A DNA stretch of 47,534 bases, from assembly GCA_026387965.1 (NCBI GenBank), contig JAPLKR010000025.1, forward strand, positions 1 to 47,534, read 5' to 3'. The number at the start of each line of letters is the position of its first letter. Within the stretch, counting starts at the first letter, position 1. The stretch comes from Fusobacteriota bacterium. Lineage in GTDB: Bacteria > Fusobacteriota > Fusobacteriia > JAPLKR01. Below the pieces are notes generated by a model, which had not been told where the DNA came from, ran no database searches, and worked only from the letters and a program-made list of their open reading frames with translations. Position numbers and translations under genes: made by a program. Positions 43,211 through 47,534 of this stretch are shown piece by piece.

Positions 43211-43936
43211 CTACTCTTGCAAGTCAATACCACCCGCTAACTTATTTAACCTTTCTCTACGCTCATGCCAATCAGGCATCAGTGTTGTTAAAAATTGATA
43301 ATAGTCCTTGCTATGGTTTGCATGTCTTAAATGGGCTAATTCATGCATCACTACATACTCGATCAAACTATCTTCAAAATGAATCAAATGAGTTGAAAGA
43401 GTTACTATTTTCTTCATAGGAAGACAACTTCCCCAACGACTTTTCATAAAGCGAATCTTTAAACTCGGCATCTCTATACCGTAACGACTCGCTACTGTAA
43501 AAGCATTGTTTAACACTTTTGGGTATACAAAGAGTGCTTGATCATACAAAAACTTCTTGAAAACTCCCTTTTTAAGCTCACCATTTTCAACATCATCAAC
43601 GCAAATGTAAAGCGTTTTATTTTGAAGATAAGCAGATTTTTTCTTTGAGCTTATCACCTCTAAGGGATAGATTTCCCCAAGAAGTGATACTTTTTCACCA
43701 CTGACAAAGTTCAACTCACTCTTACTTCCCCCTTGAGCCTCTTGCATTTTAAGTTTTGACACAATCCATTTACTCTTTTGGTAAATAAACTGCTCAATTT
43801 GAAAAATTCCCACTCCTTTCGGAGCAGAAATTTTTAGTATTAGCGCTCTATCAATTTTTATGATGATATGTCGAATATCTTTAAACTCAACACTATATTC
43901 AATCTTTTGCCCACTCAGCGCAATAATTCTCTTCAC
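43211..43936 (-). CDS. YgjP-like (DUF45/M48-like) metal-dependent hydrolase
   Basis: RWGSC and VMHELAHLRHANH (HExxH) blocks. GTG start abuts the upstream stop. Confidence 0.7.
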   Translation of the reverse strand: MKRIIALSGQKIEYSVEFKDIRHIIIKIDRALILKISAPKGVGIFQIEQFIYQKSKWIVSKLKMQEAQGGSKSELNFVSGEKVSLLGEIYPLEVISSKKKSAYLQNKTLYICVDDVENGELKKGVFKKFLYDQALFVYPKVLNNAFTVASRYGIEMPSLKIRFMKSRWGSCLPMKKIVTLSTHLIHFEDSLIEYVVMHELAHLRHANHSKDYYQFLTTLMPDWHERRERLNKLAGGIDLQE

Positions 43937-44461
43937 TTAAATCCCCATAAGTTTTGATTGATAGCACACTCTTTGAGCCTCTAGATCACTATCACTAATT
44001 TCTAGTGCACCATAAGTAACAAAAGCATCAAGATAGATAAGCCCGCATAATTTTGCCAATTGGCAAAGTGGTTTTGTTAACTCTTCCACTGTTGTAGAAT
44101 TATATCCTTCAGGGGTGTAGGTATCTTTCGGTCCGCCCGTTGTGATTGCAAAAAGCACTTTTTTGCCTTCAAGTGCTTTTCCTTGACTTCCATAAGCAAA
44201 ACCATGTGTAAGCACATCATCAAACCATTTTCTGAGTAGCGGAGTTGTTGAGTACCAGTGAAAAGGAGTTTGAAAAATAATAGTATCATGTGCTAGAAGT
44301 CGACTTTGCTCTTTTTTGACATCAATCTGAAAATTCCCATACTCATCATAAAGATAGACAATCGTTACATTTTTAAGTGTTTCTATTCCCTTTAATAAAG
44401 CTTTGTTGAGTCTTGAATTCTCCCAGTTAGGATGTGCAATATAGATGATTTTTTTACTCAT
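43937..44461 (-). CDS. flavodoxin-like-fold NAD(P)H dehydrogenase (quinone) (YwrO/KefF-like)
   Basis: IIYIAHPNWENSRLNK, FQTPFHWYSTPLL.KWFDDV. 174 aa. Confidence 0.7.
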   Translation of the reverse strand: MSKKIIYIAHPNWENSRLNKALLKGIETLKNVTIVYLYDEYGNFQIDVKKEQSRLLAHDTIIFQTPFHWYSTTPLLRKWFDDVLTHGFAYGSQGKALEGKKVLFAITTGGPKDTYTPEGYNSTTVEELTKPLCQLAKLCGLIYLDAFVTYGALEISDSDLEAQRVCYQSKLMGI

Positions 44462-44499
44462 AATTATTCCCTTTATTTAAATTTTATTTATTTTATACT

Positions 44500-47037
44500 T
44501 TATCGCTTCAAGGTGAAATTTTGCTCCTTTAATCTCTCCGAAAGCGTAGTGAAATCAATACTTTTACTGTGATCAATTGTGACTCTTTGAGTTTCAAGAT
44601 CGACAACTACACGCATTATTCCTTCACTCACCATAATAGCGTCCGTTACTTTCTTCACACAACTCTGGCAATTCATTTTAGTTATCTCGACTACTGTTTC
44701 AAAAGTATTCTCTTCAATCCTAGCGTTGCTTAAATTAGTAACTTTCAAAGTAGCGACTGTTTTATTTAGTCCACTCTCTAGACTGTGATTGATTTCACAC
44801 AGTTCAACGTTCACTATCGCTCTATCTCTGTTTGTGTTACCTTTTTCCAAATTATTCTCTCTAAAATTTATTTGGTTTAACCTAAGAGCATTCGCCACTA
44901 CGCAGAGTGAACTAAAGGCCATTGCAAAAGCCGATATCATAGGGCTGAGTTTCCAATGAAGAGAGTAAAAGAATACCCCAGCAGCTATTGGAATTAAGAG
45001 TATATTATAAAAAAAAGCCCAAAACAGATTCTGCTTGATATTTACAATACATTTTCTACTTAGTACTATAGCATGAATCACACCATAAAGTGAACTCCTC
45101 ATGAGGACTACGCCTGCACTTTCAACAGCAATATCTGTCCCACTCCCAATCGCAATCCCAACATCACTTAAAACAAGTGCGGGTGCATCATTAATTCCAT
45201 CTCCAACAAAAGCTGTACATCCCTCATTTTTATATCTCTCTATTACACGCCCTTTTTCACTCGGAAGCATATTACACATCACGTCATCAACACCCAAAAA
45301 GGCTCCAACAGCCTCACCAACTTTTTGATTGTCACCCGTTAATAAAGTAGTCTTTATCCCCATCGCTTTTAAGCTTGAAATTACGCTCTTTGCCTCGACT
45401 TTTACGGTATCTTCTAAATATATCGCTCCAACACATACTGCATTCACAACTACAAATGAAACTGTCGCTATCTTATTTTCATCAAAATCAACTTTTATAT
45501 TTAAACGTTCCATTAATGCTTTGTTCCCAACGATAACCGTATACATACCTAGAGTACCCTCAATACCTAACCCTTGATGTACTTTTACATCTTCGTAAGG
45601 GAAAAACTCTACGCACTCCCTCTCACAGTATGAAACAAGTGCTTTGCCAAGAGTATGTTCAGAATATTTTTCCAAGCTTCCCACTAACGACAATAGTAAC
45701 TTTATGTCGATATGTGTAGAAATGTGAGTGATCTCTATTTTTCCCGTTGTAAGTGTTCCAGTCTTATCAAATACCACCCGTTTGACTTTATGAAGACTTT
45801 CTAAGACCTCGCCATTTCGAATCAAAACACCAAAACGCGCTCCAACACCTGTTGCCACCATAATGGCTGTAGGAGTTGCTAACCCCAATGCGCAAGGACA
45901 TGCCACGACCAAAACAGCTATGACCATCATCAATGAAAAGTTTAAACTATGGCTAGTTATTCCCCAATACGTTCCCACTACAACTGCAATAAGCAGTACT
46001 ATCGGAACAAAATACTCTGATATTTTATCCGCTATTTTAGCAATAGGAGCTTTCGACCCTTGAGCGGATTGAACAAACTTTATTATTTCAGAGAGGAGGG
46101 TATTTTCAGGTGATTTTGCCACCTCTACTTCCAACACACCCGTAAGATTAAGTGTCCCTTCAAAAACTTCTGCCCCTTTGGATTTCATTATGGGAAAACT
46201 CTCCCCAGTCAACATTGCCTCATCAATTTCTGACGTACCCGTGACTATTATCCCATCAACAGGGATTTTTTCCCCAACCTTAATTTGTACATTATCACTT
46301 AGAACAATTTGAGATATATCGCACAGCTGATACTCACTGCCGACTTTTTTATATACTTTTTGACTTTTCAGATTTAAGAGTTTTGAAATTGCTGCCCCTG
46401 TTTTACCTTTTGCACGCTTTTCAAGTTGTTTGCCCAAAAATATTAGCGTTATAATGACCCCACTCGATTCAAAATAGAGTTCGTGCACAAAATGACTATT
46501 GCCATTAGCTATCTCAAAAAGAGAAAACAGAGAGTAAACAAGGGCTGCCCCAGCCCCCATAGCGACTAAACTATCCATATTTGGATGGCGTCTTACAAAA
46601 TGCTTGAAACCATTAATAAAAAATCCTCTTCCTACATAAAGAATGGGAATAAGTAGAATAAGCTCAAGCAGCGCATACCACAGCGCATTTGAAGAAATGA
46701 TTGAAGTCAGTTTTGTACTCATCATTGGAACCATGGCAATACATACCAATACTATACAGAAAAAAATAGCTATCCATAGCATGTAACTATTTGACTTTTC
46801 TTCGTTACTATCCCTAAGCGAATCCTTCAATGGGTGTAACTGATATCCTGATTTTTCAACTTTTCCAAAAAAAATCTCTTCATCAATTTCTTTTTTCGCT
46901 TCAAAAGAGAGCGTTTCGGAGGCAAAATTCACACTTACCTTTTCAATACCTTCCATTTTTATAACTATTTTTTCAATAGTGTTTGCACACACCGCGCAGT
47001 GCATTCCTTTAACTTTATACTGATACTTATAAGCCAT
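44500..47037 (-). CDS. copA: copper-translocating P1B-type ATPase with N- and C-terminal HMA domains
   Basis: N-terminal GMHCAVC, TGES, CPC (ACPCALGLATP), DKTGTLT and GDGINDAP. An extra C-terminal HMA domain (KMNCQSCVKKV) follows the last TM helix. GGAGG RBS. Confidence 0.9.
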   Translation of the reverse strand: MAYKYQYKVKGMHCAVCANTIEKIVIKMEGIEKVSVNFASETLSFEAKKEIDEEIFFGKVEKSGYQLHPLKDSLRDSNEEKSNSYMLWIAIFFCIVLVCIAMVPMMSTKLTSIISSNALWYALLELILLIPILYVGRGFFINGFKHFVRRHPNMDSLVAMGAGAALVYSLFSLFEIANGNSHFVHELYFESSGVIITLIFLGKQLEKRAKGKTGAAISKLLNLKSQKVYKKVGSEYQLCDISQIVLSDNVQIKVGEKIPVDGIIVTGTSEIDEAMLTGESFPIMKSKGAEVFEGTLNLTGVLEVEVAKSPENTLLSEIIKFVQSAQGSKAPIAKIADKISEYFVPIVLLIAVVVGTYWGITSHSLNFSLMMVIAVLVVACPCALGLATPTAIMVATGVGARFGVLIRNGEVLESLHKVKRVVFDKTGTLTTGKIEITHISTHIDIKLLLSLVGSLEKYSEHTLGKALVSYCERECVEFFPYEDVKVHQGLGIEGTLGMYTVIVGNKALMERLNIKVDFDENKIATVSFVVVNAVCVGAIYLEDTVKVEAKSVISSLKAMGIKTTLLTGDNQKVGEAVGAFLGVDDVMCNMLPSEKGRVIERYKNEGCTAFVGDGINDAPALVLSDVGIAIGSGTDIAVESAGVVLMRSSLYGVIHAIVLSRKCIVNIKQNLFWAFFYNILLIPIAAGVFFYSLHWKLSPMISAFAMAFSSLCVVANALRLNQINFRENNLEKGNTNRDRAIVNVELCEINHSLESGLNKTVATLKVTNLSNARIEENTFETVVEITKMNCQSCVKKVTDAIMVSEGIMRVVVDLETQRVTIDHSKSIDFTTLSERLKEQNFTLKR

Positions 47038-47068
47038 ATTGGACCTCCAGACATTATTTATACTTTAT

Positions 47069-47097
47069 ATCATACTTCATGAAAACTCAAATGTCAA
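47069..47097 (-). promoter_or_regulatory. sigma70-type promoter TTGACA-17-TATGAT upstream of copA
   Basis: Minus strand reads TTGACAtttgagttttcatgaagTATGAT. The spacer contains the 8-bp palindrome TTCATGAA (47076-47083). Confidence 0.5.
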
Positions 47098-47146
47098 CAA
47101 CACTTATCAAGAATTATGAGATGAAACAAAGAGCGTCATCTCTTAG

Positions 47147-47534
47147 TTATATTCCATATATAATAGCCATTGTTGTCTGTGTGTTAGTACGACTTTTTTC
47201 TGTTGCTGGTGCAGTTGTACAAATAATTCCATAATTAATTTGCATAGACATATTATCAGTTAATTTTGAAGTTATTGCAAAAAGAGATTGCAAATTGGTT
47301 TGCTGTGCGCCAACCACTGCAGTTAGTGCTTCCGATACAACTGATGTTTTGCTTAAAAAATACTTATAATTAAGCACTGTATTTGCTGCAAGATAGTACG
47401 ATGATAGTGCACCAGGTTGTGGCGGTGATAGACCCACTTTTTGAACACCAGCTGGACCAATCAATGCCGTCAAATTTTGTGTTTTATCGTTTATAATAGA
47501 ACGCCTATAACCTATTGACTCTGTCACAGTATAA
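47147..47534 (-). CDS. C-terminal part of an unknown protein (5' end outside window)
   Basis: The frame is open to the window edge. Composition is T/S/A/N/Q-rich with no motif recognised. It may be a surface protein, but that is a guess. Confidence 0.35.
   Translation of the reverse strand, partial: YTVTESIGYRRSIINDKTQNLTALIGPAGVQKVGLSPPQPGALSSYYLAANTVLNYKYFLSKTSVVSEALTAVVGAQQTNLQSLFAITSKLTDNMSMQINYGIICTTAPATEKSRTNTQTTMAIIYGI

Noticed and set aside
47118-47142. GAGATGA-N11-TCATCTC hairpin after the partial ORF at the window end, as a terminator
   Set aside because: Only a 7-bp stem with a large loop and a poor T-tract on the relevant strand. Too weak to call.
1-47534. CRISPR arrays, IS elements, integrases, prophage genes, toxin-antitoxin pairs, rRNA or tRNA genes
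   Set aside because: Scanning by eye found no regularly spaced direct repeats, no transposase, recombinase or phage-like translations in any listed ORF, and no cloverleaf-like GC-rich segments. Absence is by inspection only and should be confirmed with dedicated tools.

Overview
AT-rich window (roughly one-third G+C by eye, not computed), densely coding, from a diderm bacterium. The diderm call rests on OMP beta-barrels ending in a terminal Phe, a lipobox lipoprotein and gmhA; I cannot place the taxon from sequence alone. All family assignments come from motifs I recognise by eye, not from searches.

Most of the window is ordinary housekeeping:
- fmt (3' end) and folD
- a dapF-asd-dapA-dapB-dapH lysine/DAP operon
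- tag, uppP, hsp20
- gloA-ccdA-thioredoxin
- gmhA and a PfkB-family kinase
- a divergent LysR / amtB-glnK locus
- copA

I saw no rRNA, tRNA, CRISPR array, transposase or integrase.

The best candidate for an undescribed system is the minus-strand acyl-CoA cluster at about 33.5-43.2 kb.
- It has a tandem-duplicated (two-HTH) TetR regulator with its own promoter.
- That is followed by a translationally coupled operon: YdiF-type CoA-transferase, 3-hydroxybutyrate-dehydrogenase-like SDR, four consecutive MaoC hot-dog proteins, then a trans-2-enoyl-CoA reductase (Ter/FabV).
- The MaoC proteins alternate between an intact and a destroyed hydratase motif (an A-B-A'-B' pattern).
- The Ter gene appears damaged here: a frame break in an A6 run, and the N-terminal nucleotide-binding segment is missing.
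- A separately terminated family III CoA-transferase with a ~220-aa N-terminal extension lies downstream.
- No thiolase, Hbd, Crt or Bcd-Etf is present.

Second candidate: a five-gene operon at 11.35-15.18 kb bracketed by terminators. It encodes an HxxxDG condensation/alcohol-acetyltransferase-like enzyme, a zinc-ribbon polytopic membrane protein, a GHSTG alpha/beta hydrolase, a small membrane protein and a YcxB-like protein.

Other notable items:
- a QueH-CCA-adding enzyme fusion
- a Nudix-cyclase (KynB-like) fusion
- tandem OMP paralogs with a 35-nt identical 3' block
- a small ORF interrupted by an in-frame TGA in an otherwise empty spacer
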